Shown here: one piece after another, positions 37,583-51,785 of the stretch
Layout: every line of letters starts with the position of its first letter
How positions within the stretch are numbered: position 1 is the first letter of the stretch
Assembly (NCBI GenBank): GCA_951406725.2
Contig: OX597814.1
Location: 156,612,001-156,676,000, forward strand
From: Octopus vulgaris
Taxonomy: Eukaryota
Direction of reading: 5' to 3'
DNA: 64,000 nt
Notes under the pieces: model-generated
What the model saw: the letters and a program-made list of their open reading frames with translations, nothing else
What the model was told of the DNA's origin: nothing
Database searches by the model: none
Position numbers and translations under genes: made by a program

Positions 37583-40500
37583 AATGTAAACATTATAAAT
37601 GTAATATTATAAATGTAATATTTGTGCAAGTAAATCTCTGAGTGAGCTGAATCTAAGATAGGGTCCAAGTCCTTAATAAGCCATTTCACTTAATGCGCAC
37701 CTGACACCTATAATTTTCAGTTTGTGGTTTGTGGAGTTAGAGAGGCCCAGTTAAGATGATGACTTCTTGACATACTACATGCATTTTACATTCAGTGATT
37801 CAATGAACCAAAAATGGTTACCGGACAATTTCTGTTCATATTAAATAAGAACTTAGACAAATAGAAATAAATGAAGAAAATACAGTGAGAGGAAAGTGAG
37901 AATGGAACTCATACACTCAAGTAAACATTCAGTCATATAATCACACTATCAAGCATTAGATTCGTTCCATCCATCATGAAAAAATAAATTCCTTTCATGC
38001 TGCATATTAAGTTAGTTGACATTATATAAATTTCCTTGAAAACTTATAAGTTGAAATAATTCTTCAGTTTTACTTACGAAATTGCAAACAATTAATTTGT
38101 AAGAATGAAGCTTAAATGGTATCCTATAAGGTAATAATTAAAATTAACATTCAGAAAAGGAACAGTGTTATAAAAGTAATAAGCTTGGATGTTAACTAGG
38201 TGGTTTCAATATCCATTTTGATCAGACAACTTTCATAAGTCTTTCTTTCCATCATTATTGTTTACAAAAGATGTATGAAAAAGACATGCGATAAAACAGA
38301 TGGATATATTAACAAACAGAAAAATGAGAAGAGAAATGATGAAAGTTGAAGACAAAGGAGATAAACAGCTATCAAGAAAAACAAAGGAACTACCATTAAA
38401 GAACAGACAGGTTACTGACTAAAATCTTGATTACAAGGTAGCATTTTACCTCCCATAATTCCCCAACCTTCCTTACTAATTAACAAGTGATATATAACAT
38501 CATTAAAGTCTCATCCATGCATGTGTTATAATTAAACCCAGTTTTCAAATCATTTCAGTGTTAAATCTGCAATGAACCAGGCAATATCTAACATCTGGAG
38601 CAATATTCTCCTATGGAGAACAAGCTTTTAATTATTTTCATTTTCATTCTAATGTTATCAGTATAAGTTTGCAATACGTGTAAGCTTCCCTTCCTTACAA
38701 ATTACACATGCTATCTGTTCAATCTCTGTAGTTATCCCACTTCAGATGATGTAAGATTAGAGTGAGGAAGAAGAAAAAGATAACAAGACAAACTGACAAC
38801 ATATGTGAGAGAGAGAGAGAGAGAGAGAGATAAGAATAGGTAAGAACTTTTAACTTCTGTGTTAACCAGTGTTAACTTCTAGCAGGAATAGCAGTGAGTA
38901 TGCATATATGGTAGAATACCATTCTGAAAACTTCAGTTCCATCTCTATACAATTTAGGCTTAAAACTTGCATGTGATGACTTGGTATTTCATTCCAGTAG
39001 GGTTAATAAAACAAGTATTAGTAATATATGCAGATTAATTCAAATTGATTATATTCATCCTCTGAAAAAATAAAACTGACCTTGCGCCTACGTAAGACAT
39101 CAATATTCACAGAAGGAAATGGGATGTGCTGTAGAAAAAAAAGTTCCTGAGATGAGAAACCTATTTTTTTTTCTTTTTTATTATGGTTGAGAAAGGCATG
39201 GATGCTACAACATTCTATGAATCTTCCCCTAAAAATGTAAGGTGATGTCACTAATCAGAAAAGAAATATATATTTCCAGAGGAAACAGAGGGATTATTGT
39301 GTAGATGATGAATAGATGAGTAGATAGATAATTAGATAGAAAGATATTTTAAATATACAGATAATATCAGCAAATATTACTGCAAAAAGGAAATTTGAGA
39401 TTAAGAAAGGCTCTATTCATAACATTTTTAATATAGAATTTTAAAGATTAAAGCATGGGTAAACATTCTGGCCACTCCTTTTTGAAGAAATATAGATATA
39501 AATGTTTCTATTACCATTAATGCTACCGTATACTTTATCGAATTTTATTGCTTTATTCATTTTTTCATACAGCATATACAATATTTATAAATATTTTGAT
39601 TTCTTAAGAGTTTTTCCTAATGCCAACAACAAGCCTATGGATTAAAATATTTCATATTTTCTTTCAGACTGATTGACTGCAATACATAAAAACTACATTT
39701 CCACCAAAATTATTTTATAAAATATAATCAAACTTTTCTGACTCTTGCCATTAAGCATGTCTTTATGTGCAGTATTTGTCCATTTTTGACTGTAAATATT
39801 GCTCTTAGTCATTTTTAAGTTATCCTTGATTGGAGAATAGAGATAACTGTATATGGAAGCAGTGCACATTTATTTTGAGCAAATTCTGATCTGTAGAAGG
39901 AGGAAAATATAAGCAGCTGGGAAATTATAAAAATATGTTATTTTATTTTAACTTTTCTCATCAATTTTATATAGCAATTTGTGAAAAAATTGCAATTGGT
40001 TATGTTTCCATCATGTCAATTACTAATTCACTGCATTTCTAAGAGTGAAAGTAACAATAGTGCCATTAAATCATTACAGAACAAATATTGCAAAGGATTT
40101 CATTTGAAAAGCATTGGTTGTCATATGGCAATTTATATCTTCATTAAGATGTTCACTTAAGCCTGTTCTAGGTATAGTTTTAGAGAGGCAGACCCACATA
40201 TAATTCTCAATTAATTGTTTTATATAAAATTTAGTTATGGTTTTAGACATTGTTGAAACATCTTGTTCATAATAAGTGGATCAGAACAGTGAAAAGCCCC
40301 ACCCCACTCATTTTCTAGACACATGAGTTGCATTTAGTTTGTTGCAGTTACTTCAAAATTACAGCTTTTATAAAATTCATGTACCACCACAATTTCTTTT
40401 GCATATCTCTAAAGGTATGCAAAGCCTACTTTGAGAATCCCTGAGCTAGTCAATACCAGCAAAATATAAAGGTCTTGTTGCAAACTTAAGAGTCTGGCAT

Positions 40501-42562
40501 TCAGTTTCAATGAATAAATCATTATCTTTTATTTACCATAATTACGTCATTTTTATCCAAATATTAGTTCTAATTTCTTACTAATATACAAAAGTAAATT
40601 CTCATCAAGCCATAGTACTACAAACATCAGTAATAACAAAATTGTTGGCAAATAATAGCTAATGCTATAACAGCCTTTGTTCTCTATGTAAATAAACATG
40701 TTTTACTAATATAAGATTGTATAGATTTTTGCAGCTGTTTTAATGAACAAAAGACTAAGGATTTTATATTATTTCAAATTCTATTTATATAAAATTTTAG
40801 AGAAACTCATTAAAATTCTCAATAGTCTTCAAATGAATATAAAATTCAATAATGTCCATGTCAAGATATAATTTCACAACTGTTTGTTTTAATATTAAAA
40901 ATCAGTAGAGGATTATTGTTTACTCTCTTCTTCAACCCAAACATAATACCGTCTCTTAGAAGATGGACAGCCAGTACTGATTTAATATAAATTAATTAAA
41001 TAATGGACTTTCAAGCTATAAAATAACAGCCAAATTTCCTTCAAACTATACTCTGTTATCTTAACAATGGATACATTAGGTAAATGTAATCAAGGGCACA
41101 CTATGCCTGTAGGAATAAAAAAAAAAATGGGACAATCATAGTTGGAATAGTTTGAATACTTGCTTGATCAGGTCAACTTTCAGGATAAGCCATAGTAACA
41201 AAGAATAAACATAGGAAATTGCAGCTCCATTTTAACATGTTAATTATCAAATAAGAAGAGGTGAAAATTTAACTCAAAAGAATTAAACCAATTTACTCTG
41301 CTTCAGTCTTCTACATCACCTGAATAATATAAATTCATTTACACTCCTGACCTAAGAACATATTTTATATCAGGAATCTCTCCACATCCGCAATTATGTG
41401 ATATTTTCATTAATGCTGACCCTTTCAGTGTTAGTAATGTTGAATGTGTACAAATGATCACATAGTTAAAAAATAATTAATTAACAAAATGAATTATCTA
41501 TCCACAGAAATATGAAAATATGAAATATGGAAAATGTTTTAAGAATTCAAGTATCAAACATTGTATTCATACATTTAAAGGGTGAAAAATAAATGTGAGG
41601 AAGAAAACTGTTGGCTGAAACCATTTTTGTTGATAAAAGTTGAAAAATATTATCATTCTTGATAATCCACAATGTATGTTCACAAATAAGGAATATTCCC
41701 CCAAAATAGAAATAAAATATGATTAGAAGTGTTTAATTATTTACAGCATAATCCAAGATTGAGCTAAATAAATATGTTAAATTATAAAGAATCTGAGGAG
41801 AAATGAAGCAAAATAGCTGTAGTATTCAAAAACTATGAAATAATAATTAGCAGATTGACATTGCACATAGTTGAACAAGAAAATGGGTTATTTTGGCCAG
41901 TATAGATGCTACTAGGTTAGAGAAACACAGATAGATAGATTATCAAAAAGACTGCTTTACTCAAGACCAAAGCAAACTTCTGAAGTGCATGAGAACTGAA
42001 CAAAGTTTTAAAAAATGAAAATGAAATAAACTAAAGCAATAAAATCTCTAAAACAAGGGATGATGCAAAATAAGAGACAACTTAAAAGGAGATTCTGGGA
42101 GGAAGCAGTGTGCTTAGTGATTTAAAAACAGATCTACATAATGCAAACATTTAAGGAGAAATACAAGCACAAGTAAAATGACGTCTACTAAAGGATAACA
42201 TATCACATGCATAAGGCATGCCCCCATCTCGAAGAAGTATCAGTTATGATATGATCTTGCATAGTCAGATATGATTTTGGGACTGATACAGAAGATAAAA
42301 TATAATAGTAATACAGCAACGATGTGCTTTACTCTCTACTTTGGATCAGCTTTCAGATAAATCGTACTTTTTTAAGGGAATTTCTTTTTTTCAAAATTAC
42401 ACCCTTTTTTTCTTCTCTTATCTCAATTACTCTATTGTTAAGAGTTTTGGTTTTATCACAGAATATTGTTAAAATAAGATTATTAGTATTAAGATAATGC
42501 ATGTGCATGTATGTTTGGGTATATATGTATATTATACACAAAAGTATTTGTGTGTGTGTGTA

Positions 42563-42594
<32 letters not shown>

Positions 42595-42599
42595 TAGTT

Positions 42600-43140
42600 A
42601 TATATCATCTTCTTCACTTTACATCTTTTTCCCATGCTAGCATAGGTTAACTAGGTCTGCCAGAGTCAAACGTAGTATGACCGATCAAGCCATTCATGAG
42701 GTTCAAATGCTTGAGATCAGACTACACAGACACTATCTACACTTTTTCATCCAACCAGTGCAGTCATCTCTCTTACACACTATGGCAGATCCAATTCCAT
42801 CTAATTCCTTCTCTTTTTTTCTCTTGGGTCTTATGTGCTGCACTGTTTATGCATGCATGCAGACATTATACAACTAAATGCAGTATGGGATTAGCGCATT
42901 TCTTTCTATCCTTCGCACATCCACTGCATTCAGTGCCTATGATATGCTATAATGTGCTATAATGCAATATTACACTCTACAAACATCTGTCATAAAATCT
43001 GCCCTTCATTTAGAGAGAGAATTCTTTTGTTATCAACTGAATTAATAGTCATTTGAACTTTTTCCACTCCATCCTAACTCTGGACAATATACTTTCACAA
43101 CACCCTCTTTCTCTACTGATTAGGTGACCTATGTAAGATA
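42600..43140 (-). mobile_element. Old RTE C-terminal fragment
   Basis: Patchy similarity to 900-1260 (ccagtgcagtcatctctctt) and to the family tail. Confidence 0.6.
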
Positions 43141-44705
43141 ACTATTACCAGTGAACCCTCTAGGCTGTTGAAAAATTGCAGTACATAAGAGAGTTTAGCT
43201 AAATTCTAATTTGGTTTTATATTTTTATTTTATTTTGCTTTAACATTCAATGTCATAAATTCTATGATACTGTTTTACAAATATTTTTGTTTCTTACAGG
43301 AGTGATGCAATGATTCATTGTTTATACGAGAGAGAATTCTTGAAGTATGAGTAAAACTATATTGTTCACAATCTGTACCTAAAAATGGTTTGAACTTCTT
43401 ATTGAACTTTCTTATTGTTACTTTAGTATTAGTGGTGTGGTTTGTTATATAAAACAATTTGGTTAGAGAATTAGAGGCAGAAAATTAAGTTAGTAGGAAT
43501 ATAGTGTTTAATATTAATGAGTAGTGAAATATTTATTAATCCTATATGTCAGGAGGGTCCAACATAGGTAAAAGTGACTGGTCAATGTCAGTTTCAAACA
43601 ACAGAGAAGTTAATCAGTAAATAGAGAATAAAATCACTTTTGGTGAATAACTAAACAAATGAAATGCATAATCAGAATTCTTATCAGATATAATGAAAGA
43701 CTACACAAATTCTTGATTGGCTAAAAAAAACTCAATCAAAAATGTTTTGATGGGATACACTGGAGAACTATGTTGAGGTTAGAAAATTTGCTCAATAAAT
43801 GTTTTGGTTGATTAGAATAAATTACCATAGTAGTGTTTCCTCTCGTCAGAGATGTATAACCAAAGCTCTGATTTAATAATTAGAAGGGATAACCAGGGTG
43901 GTTTTAATTACATAGAAAGAAAAGTTCAAAGTGCTTTGACTGGTCAAAGAGAATGCTGCAAAAGCTGTCCATTTAACAACAGTGAACAGCAGGAACAGTT
44001 TTTGATAAATTCGATGAATATCTTGAGAAGTATTTTGACTGATTATTGTGAAAAATTAAAGCAGTGCTCATATATATATGCTACAAGAAATAACTAGCAC
44101 AGTGTTTTGCAGTGAATAGCATAAATACTTGAAGCTGTATTTGATTAGTTGATTGGTTTAAGTGAACAACAGAATCAACACTGATTGGTTACAATATACA
44201 ACAGTAGTAATAACATTATCTAGTCATAGTTAACCAAAGCAAAAGTATGTGTTGGTTATGAGGAACTAAAATAGCTATATTAGTAGTAGTAGACTATCTT
44301 AATATTGATTATTTACAATCAACAACATATACAATGTTGATTGGATATATGTGAATTACAAAAGCAATATTCTTTGGTTTTAGTGAAAAGGCTAGATTGG
44401 TTACAGAGTGAACTACTTCTAACACAACACAGCAATAGCGGTGAGATAAAAAGACAAAAATAAAAAGAACACATGTAAATTTTATTTTAACTATCGTTAA
44501 AATTTTCATGATAAAATTATATCAAAGTACAACTTAAGAATATTAATAAAAAATGTTTAATATGTAGTAAACACAACTTATTACATATTTCTGTCAAAAG
44601 CTTAACTTGTAGTAAACCTAATAATGAATTACAGTTAAGTAGATAATTCTAAAATCAAAACATTATTCAAATTTTTATACAACCATTCTAAATGTCTTTA
44701 AAAAT

Positions 44706-44707
<2 letters not shown>

Positions 44708-44754
<47 letters not shown>
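44708..44754. repeat. (TG)n microsatellite
   Basis: Direct reading. Confidence 0.98.
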
Positions 44755-44757
<3 letters not shown>

Positions 44758-45808
44758 AGAGAGAAGGGGTATTTCTATGAGATTTTAAGTGAAATGGCAA
44801 TTAGACCCATTTACTATGCCTTTTCACATGGCTTAGCCAGAGAAGGCGTGGCAGGATTCATGTTTTTTTTACAGGGCTTCCCACTCAGGTGGAAGAAAGG
44901 GAGGAAGTTACCTTCAGACCAGAGACCTGGTCAGAAAGCTTTGTAGTACAGTGCACTCCACTGAAAGCACTGAAGGTATACATGATAGTTAAACCAGGTA
45001 ACAGATAAGACTGCTATCCAAGAACAGAAATAGTCATAGGTATTAAAATATTCTTTATTAAGCTACGCATGCTTTATTCTTGGCTTACTAGGAATTTCAA
45101 TCTGACACTTAGCGGAGTTCCTGATATAGCAGGAATTAGCAAATCCTATATTAAAATCCAATCACACTAAAAACATCCGTCAATCCGCATTTTACAAATG
45201 TCTGCTTGCAGATGGATCTGTTTTGGGGTTTATTCTGAATTTTTTTTTTTTCAATCTTTCCACAATGAAGCTTACCACACCTGAACACTCCTGGAGATCA
45301 AAATGTGAAGACAAAAATTGTTTACAACTGATGAGATACAATACATTTTAGAAAATTCTGATGTAGTCAACAGGAAGTTGATTGAAACATATCTAGAAAA
45401 TGACTGGTCAGTTGAAGATAAAAGATTTCCAAGCTGTGATAATTCACCTCCAATAAGGGGACATGGTTCTCAAGCTAGAGTCATTTTGGCTAATGTAGTA
45501 ATGAAACAAATCTTGAATTAAATTTTGAATTGGAAGCAGCTCCAATTATGTATTACATGGTGGCACATACATAGAGTACATGTTTTGGTTATATGCCAAT
45601 TTTCAACAGGATAGTTTCTTGGGAAAGCTTGATCTTGGAAGGGGCTTCCCCAGGATACTATCCTGCAGCAAATTGATGCATAGACAAAACGCATACACTA
45701 TATATGCGTGACATAATTTTTGAAATATCTAATTAATTAATACTACTCATGTGGTGAGAAGTAAACATTTAACACAAATATTAATTTAATTTTCTCTTAG
45801 CAAATATG

Positions 45809-46039
45809 TATTTCTTTACTACCCACAAGGGGCTAAACATAGAGGGGACAAACAAGGACAGACAAAGGGATTAAGTCGATTAAATCAACCCCAGTGCGAA
45901 ACTGGTACTTAATATATCGACTCCGAAAGGATGAAAGGCAAAGTCGACCTCGGCGGAATTTGAACTCAGAACATAGTGGCAGACAAAATATGGCTACACA
46001 TTTCGCCCGGCGTGCTAATGGTTCTGCCAGCTCGCCACC
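45809..46039 (-). mobile_element. SINE family A
   Basis: Full length; 17-bp TSD ttctcttagcaaatatg (45792-45808, 46040-46056). Confidence 0.9.
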
Positions 46040-46483
46040 TTCTCTTAGCAAATATGGATGGCAACTATGGACATGTTTCAGTTTTATTGGACCTCCTCAA
46101 CAAAACGTACCCTTCTCTGTAGTTCCTAGATTAATATTAAGAGAATCCCAATAATGTACACAAGTTGGTGTAAAACATTATCATAATGACTGAGGGAAAT
46201 TACCAGGGGAAGCCTATAGAATGTCATGTAACAATCAAGTTAAGAATATCATACTTATTGTGGGAAGAAAGCAGCATCTGGAACAGATAAACTATGAATC
46301 ACTTAATAAAATAAGAAACTCACAACTTAGCCACAATGGAAAAGAGAAAATAATAAAGTCAGAACTAACTTATTTTATCTTTTGAGCTAAATGGACAGCA
46401 ATACATACAGACATGAACGGTATTTTATGTATGTATCTGTATGTGGTTATATGTGTGTATATATACATATATATATATGTATA

Positions 46484-46796
46484 TCACCGTGATCACCATG
46501 ACTGACCAAGCTATCAGATGTTGCTATACATTGCTGGTCACAATGCGCTTCACATTGTTTTAGCCTTCAAATGACACCACCCTGCTGGCTAAGTGAGCAG
46601 GCCAACAGAAGAAAGAGTGGGAGAAAGTTGTGGCAAAAGAGTACAACAGGGATCGCCACCACCCCCTGCTGGAGGCTCGTAGAGCTTTTAGGTGTTTTCG
46701 CTCAATAAACACTCACAACGCCAGGTCTGGGCATCGAAACCGTGATCCTACGACCACGAGTCCGCTGCACTAACCAGTGAGCCATTGCGCCTCCAC
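46484..46796 (-). mobile_element. SINE family D embedded in (TA/TG) low-complexity sequence
   Basis: Reverse tRNA-like head gtggaggcgcaatggctcactggttag...gtttcgatgccc. Confidence 0.8.
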
Positions 46797-47940
46797 ATAT
46801 ATGTATATATATACACATATATATGTGTGTGTGCATGTACATATGTGTGCGTGCATATACATATATACAAATATATTTGAATAAGTGTGTATATGTGTAT
46901 ATATGTATACGTAAGTAACTGTATGAGTGCATGCATGTGACTGTAAATGCATGTGCACCGGCACTCATGTATGTGCATGTATATATACATGTATGCACAC
47001 GCATATCCGTGTATGGATACATTTACGAATGCGCGTAAGCATGCTTGTGTATATATGCATGAGTATGTATAGGTGTATGTATATGTATGTATACATACTC
47101 ATACATATATATGTGAGTGCATGCGTATGTCATTATACCTTCTTTCCTTTTCTCTGATTCCTACCTATCACTAACCTTTCACATATGTCTATACATAGTA
47201 ATTTGACATCCTTGTATTCTTCCCTCCACTTCAAATTTTCCAACCAAAACTACTACTCAATTCTGTATCACCCCACCCATACCTTTTTTCTTTGTTTTCT
47301 CCACCCATCCCTTAATGCAGCTCTGTCATATCACCCTGCTCACATATCTCACATTCTTTTACTCCTTACCTTCTCATCTCTTCCTATCCTTCCCCCACAC
47401 CTCTCCCATCCTACTATCATATTATCTTGACCACCAACTAGCACTTCTTTCCTCACTCATTTCACCTCCTTCACATCTTTTTTCACTCTTTTCACTTTTT
47501 GCATTTTTCTCTCTTCCTGTTTCCTTTTTCTCTCTTTTTGCCTTTCATTTTCTCTTCCTGTTTTAAATTTGACCTATCTCTTCTTTCTCATCATACACAT
47601 CTCTCCTCCCCACATATATCCACAAATACTACCAATACATTCTCAAATTTTCATTCACATCACAAAACCCTTTTGAACAAGCCATACTGACTCCACAGCT
47701 CTATACTTTGAAATGACTAAATGTGAGCTGCTATTGGGACTTACTACAGGAAACATTTTTACTACTTCTATACACCATTTCCTCGAATAATGGAACTGCA
47801 ACTACAATATCTTTATATATCTTATTTCTACTTTCATTCTCTTATTTCCCTCTATATTCCCCATCTCCTCCTTTTCTACCATAATTCGAACTCATATTTT
47901 CTCACACCGTTTCTAATGAAGGGATATCCATAATATCCCA

Positions 47941-48292
47941 TTTGAATGTGGCCATGCTGGAGCACCACCTTTAGTTGAGCAAATCGACTCCAGGACTTAT
48001 TCTTTGTAAGCTTAGTACTTATTCTATCAGACTCTTTTACTGAACCGCTAAGTTACAAGGACATAAACACACCAACATCGGTTGTCAAGTGATGTTGGGG
48101 GGACAAACATAGATACACAAACATATATATATATATGATGGGTTTCTTTCAGTTTCCATCTACCAAATTCACTCACAAGGCTTTGGTCGGCCTGAGGCTA
48201 TAGTAGAAGACACTTATCTATGGTGCCACACAGTGGGACTGAACCCTGAGCCATGTGGTTGGTAAGCAAGCTACTTACCATGCAGCCACTCC

Positions 48293-48297
<5 letters not shown>
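47941..48297 (-). mobile_element. SINE family B (tail truncated)
   Basis: Inverse match to 50157-50580. Confidence 0.85.
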
Positions 48298-48324
<27 letters not shown>

Positions 48325-48357
48325 CATTATATGTGTATGTGTGTGTGTATATATATA

Positions 48358-48880
48358 TCATCATCATCATCATCATTTAGCGTCCGTTTTCCATGCTAGC
48401 ATGGGTTGGACGGTTCAACTGGGTCTGTGAAGCCAGAAGGCTGCATCAGGCCCAGTCTGATCTGGCAGTGTTTCTACGGCTGGATGCCTTTCCTAACGCC
48501 AACCACTCCGCGAGTGTAGTGGGTGCTTTTTACGTGCCACCCGCACAGGAGCCAGACGGAGCTGACAAACGGCCATGAACGGATGGTGCTTTTACGTGCC
48601 ACCAGCACGGGGGCCAGGTGAGGCTGGCAACGGCCACGAACGGATGGTGCTTTTACGTCCCACCGGTACGGAGGCCAGACGGGGCGGCGCTGGCAACAGC
48701 CACGAACGGATGGTGCTTTTTACGTGCACCGGCACGGGGGCCAGACGAGGCTGGTAACGGCCACAAACGGATGGTGCTTTTTACGTGTCACCGGCACGGA
48801 GGCCAGTCGGGGCAGCGCTGGCAACAGCCACGATCGGATGGTTCGCTTACTTGTCACCAGCACTGGTATCACAGCCGCAA
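48358..48880 (-). mobile_element. Young RTE 3' UTR with a CpG-rich 61-67 bp tandem array
   Basis: ggtgctttt recurs at 48522, 48585, 48646, 48712 and 48773; family tail with (CAT)n. Confidence 0.85.
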
Positions 48881-49322
48881 GATATATATATGTAATAAAT
48901 GTGTGCATATATATACATGTAGGTATGTGTCTGCGAGTGTATCATTTATTCCATTGAAAGTTTTGATGCAAAAGAGTAATTTGGGATGAAGAAATAAAAT
49001 TCAATTACAATATTAATAATTAAAGAGAATTACTAAATCTATTATATTGTTAAATTAAGGTACACATAACAGTGCCATAAAGTACAGAAAGTACAAAGCA
49101 ATAGAGTATGTAATGTACAGCAGATTTCAATGTGATATCAATGCAGGAAATCAGGTCAAATTAATTTGGGACATGATGAAATGCATCACAAATTAGTTTC
49201 TCATAACTACAACTTATTTTTAATTATATTTAGTAATTAAAATTCCACTTAACCATTACATTAGACTAATGGCAGGCAGATTCAGGGTATAATTTTCTTT
49301 TAAGAGACAAGATTAATAATTA

Positions 49323-49895
49323 GGCATGGATGGATGGTTAAGAAGTATGCTTCACAACCATGTAGTTTATAGTGCAGTCCCACTGTGTGGCAAGTTAGCA
49401 AGTGGCTTCTACTCTAGCCTTAGGCTGACTTGTGAGTGGACTTAGTAGATGGAAACTAAAAGAAACCTGTAGTGTGTATGTGTAAGAGAATACATAAATG
49501 ACAATGGAACAAGGAACTATGTGTGCATGTTTTATTTTCTCCTTGCATTGACATTTTATGATAGCTGTAAACAAGTGTCACCAACATGCAAGCAGTGTTC
49601 TTTGCTTCCAATCTTCCATGAAAAGATACACTGCCGTAAGGAAATATTACCCCACTTTTCAAAAGAGGTGAAGTTTGGCACCAGGATGGACAAGCAGCTA
49701 CAGAAAACACGTTTCAACAAATTTCATCAGACCCATGTAAGCATGGAAAATCATCATCATCATCATCAACGTTTAATGTCCGCTTTCCATGCTAGCATGG
49801 GTTGAACGATTTTGACTGAGGGCTGGTGAACCAGATGGCTGCACCAGGCTCCAATCTTGATTTGGCAGAGCTTCTACAGCTGGATGCCCTTAACG
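49323..49895. mobile_element. B-head/RTE-tail SINE (+) meeting an RTE tail (-) tail-to-tail
   Basis: acccatgtaagcatggaaaa-(tca)n-acgtttaatgtccgctttccatgctagcatgggt. Confidence 0.7.
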
Positions 49896-50156
49896 TTAAA
49901 AAGATGATGCTGATAATGATGATATATACAGAAGTGTGTATATGTATAAAATAAATAATTTTATTGTAGGTTGATAGCACCCCCACTAATTTTATCTGCA
50001 AGCCACCACTGGTACTGAGTCCAATTTCTTCCATTTATATAAACAAGACTAAATAATATTAAATTCTAATAATATTAAATTCTAAATTCTAATCCATTTA
50101 TATAAACAAGACTAAATAATATTAAAAATTAAATAATAAACATAATCCTAATAATA

Positions 50157-50308
50157 GGCACAGGAGTGGCTGTGTGGTAAGTAGCTTGCTTACAAACCAC
50201 ATGGTTCCGGGTTCAGTGGCACTTTGGGCAAGTGTCTTCTACTATAGCCTTGGGCTGACCAAAGCATTGTGAGTGGATTTGGTAGACGGAAACTGAAAGA
50301 AGCCCATC

Positions 50309-50366
<58 letters not shown>

Positions 50367-50369
50367 GTA

Positions 50370-50400
<31 letters not shown>

Positions 50401-50605
50401 TTATGTGTTTGTGCTTCTGCCCCCAACATTGCTTGACAACCGATGGTGGTGTGTTTACGTCCCCATAACTTAGCGGTTCGGCAAAAGAGACCAATAGAAT
50501 AAGTACTAGGCTTACAAAGAATAAGTCTTGGGGTCGATTTGCTCGACTAAAGGTGGTGCCCCAGCATGGCCGCAGTCAAATGACTGAAACAAGTAAACGA
50601 GTAAT
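50157..50605 (+). mobile_element. SINE family B with long internal (TA)(TATG)(TG) tract
   Basis: Full head and tail. Confidence 0.9.
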
Positions 50606-50749
50606 AAATAAATAAAATCTTCAGTGTATACTTTATTCTTCTATGTCCCTAGTTCAAATCCTGTCAAACTTATATTTAACATGCACCAACATTAACTGAA
50701 ATGATTATATAGCTCGTTTCCATAATTTCACTTGAGCTCAAGAAAAGAA

Positions 50750-51120
50750 TTATTATTATTTTTCTTTTAACTCAGGTTTTGTTGGAACTCATGGAGTGTT
50801 GCCTGCATAGTGGACTTACTACCTACAGTAGCATGCTAGCTGTTCTTTTCAGCTACTTAATACTTTCTTGATGATTCTGGCTAAGCTAAGGAAACAAAAC
50901 TTTTGTCACAGCTCTACTGAGTACTGTGTTCCCATCACCTTTATATTTGTCTTGATACCTTCTGATACCACCCCCAAGGACCCAAGAATAATTGGCACTA
51001 TCTTCACCTTTTTCATTTTCCACAGTCAAGCTATCTCGTACTTAAGAGGATTGTTTATGTCTCTTTTCTGCTTTCCTTCTTGGCTATTCATGGGTCAAAG
51101 GTGCACGCAACATCAATTAT
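50750..51120 (-). mobile_element. R4/Dong-clade LINE 3' end
   Basis: LKYEIA*LWKMKKVKIVPIILGSLGVV...QKFCFLSLARIIKKVL; ends in (TAA)n. Confidence 0.8.
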
Positions 51121-51149
51121 AGAGAATATGTCATTATTATTATCATTAC

Positions 51150-51365
51150 TATGGTAGCAAGATGGAAGAATTGTTAGAATGTTGGGCAAAATTCTTGGCA
51201 GCATTTCACCCATCTTTAAGTTCTGAATTTAAATTCTGCCAAGGTTGACTTCGTCTTTCATCATTTACGGTCAATGAAATAAGTACCAGTTAAGCACTGG
51301 GGTCAATGAAATTGACTCACTGCCTCCCTCGAAACTGCTAGCCTAGCTCTAAAATCTGAACTCAT
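51150..51365 (+). mobile_element. Family A-related SINE
   Basis: Same core as 8688-8900. Confidence 0.7.
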
Positions 51366-51785
51366 CATTATCATTATAGATGTTGTTGTTGCTGTTGCTG
51401 CTGTTGTTGTTAATATAAGTCATACTGAGGAAAAGTGAAAACTTGAATTTACTTTCATTACATGTCTGAGAATGGGTAGAGTGATCAACAAAATACCTTA
51501 GTGTATTTATTTGTTGCTGTTGATTAGCCTTAAGTCAGCTCTTATTTAGCAGAACTATGATCAAAAGTGTTCAAACTGTGATATTCAGACCTTTTATTTA
51601 TTTTTCATTTTGGGAAAAACTTCTAAAGCGTTTTTGTTTTTTTAAGGCAGCAGGGTGTAATTTGATAGACATATATATGTATGTATGTATATTTATATAT
51701 ATGTATATATATTATATATGTACATACATACATACATACATATACATACATATACATACATATACATATATACATATACATGCAT

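Noticed and set aside
43852-44097. 81-aa plus-strand ORF
   Set aside because: No recognisable motif or convincing splice pair; composition matches the AT-rich background.
48515-48870. CRISPR-like repeat/spacer appearance (also 275-560 and 9970-10200)
   Set aside because: The intervening sequences are homologous to each other, the arrays lie inside RTE 3' ends, and there are no cas genes; these are minisatellites.
50030-50126. 34-bp direct duplication (also a ~20-bp duplication at 10681-10733)
   Set aside because: Ordinary local slippage; the second lies inside a dead RT motif.
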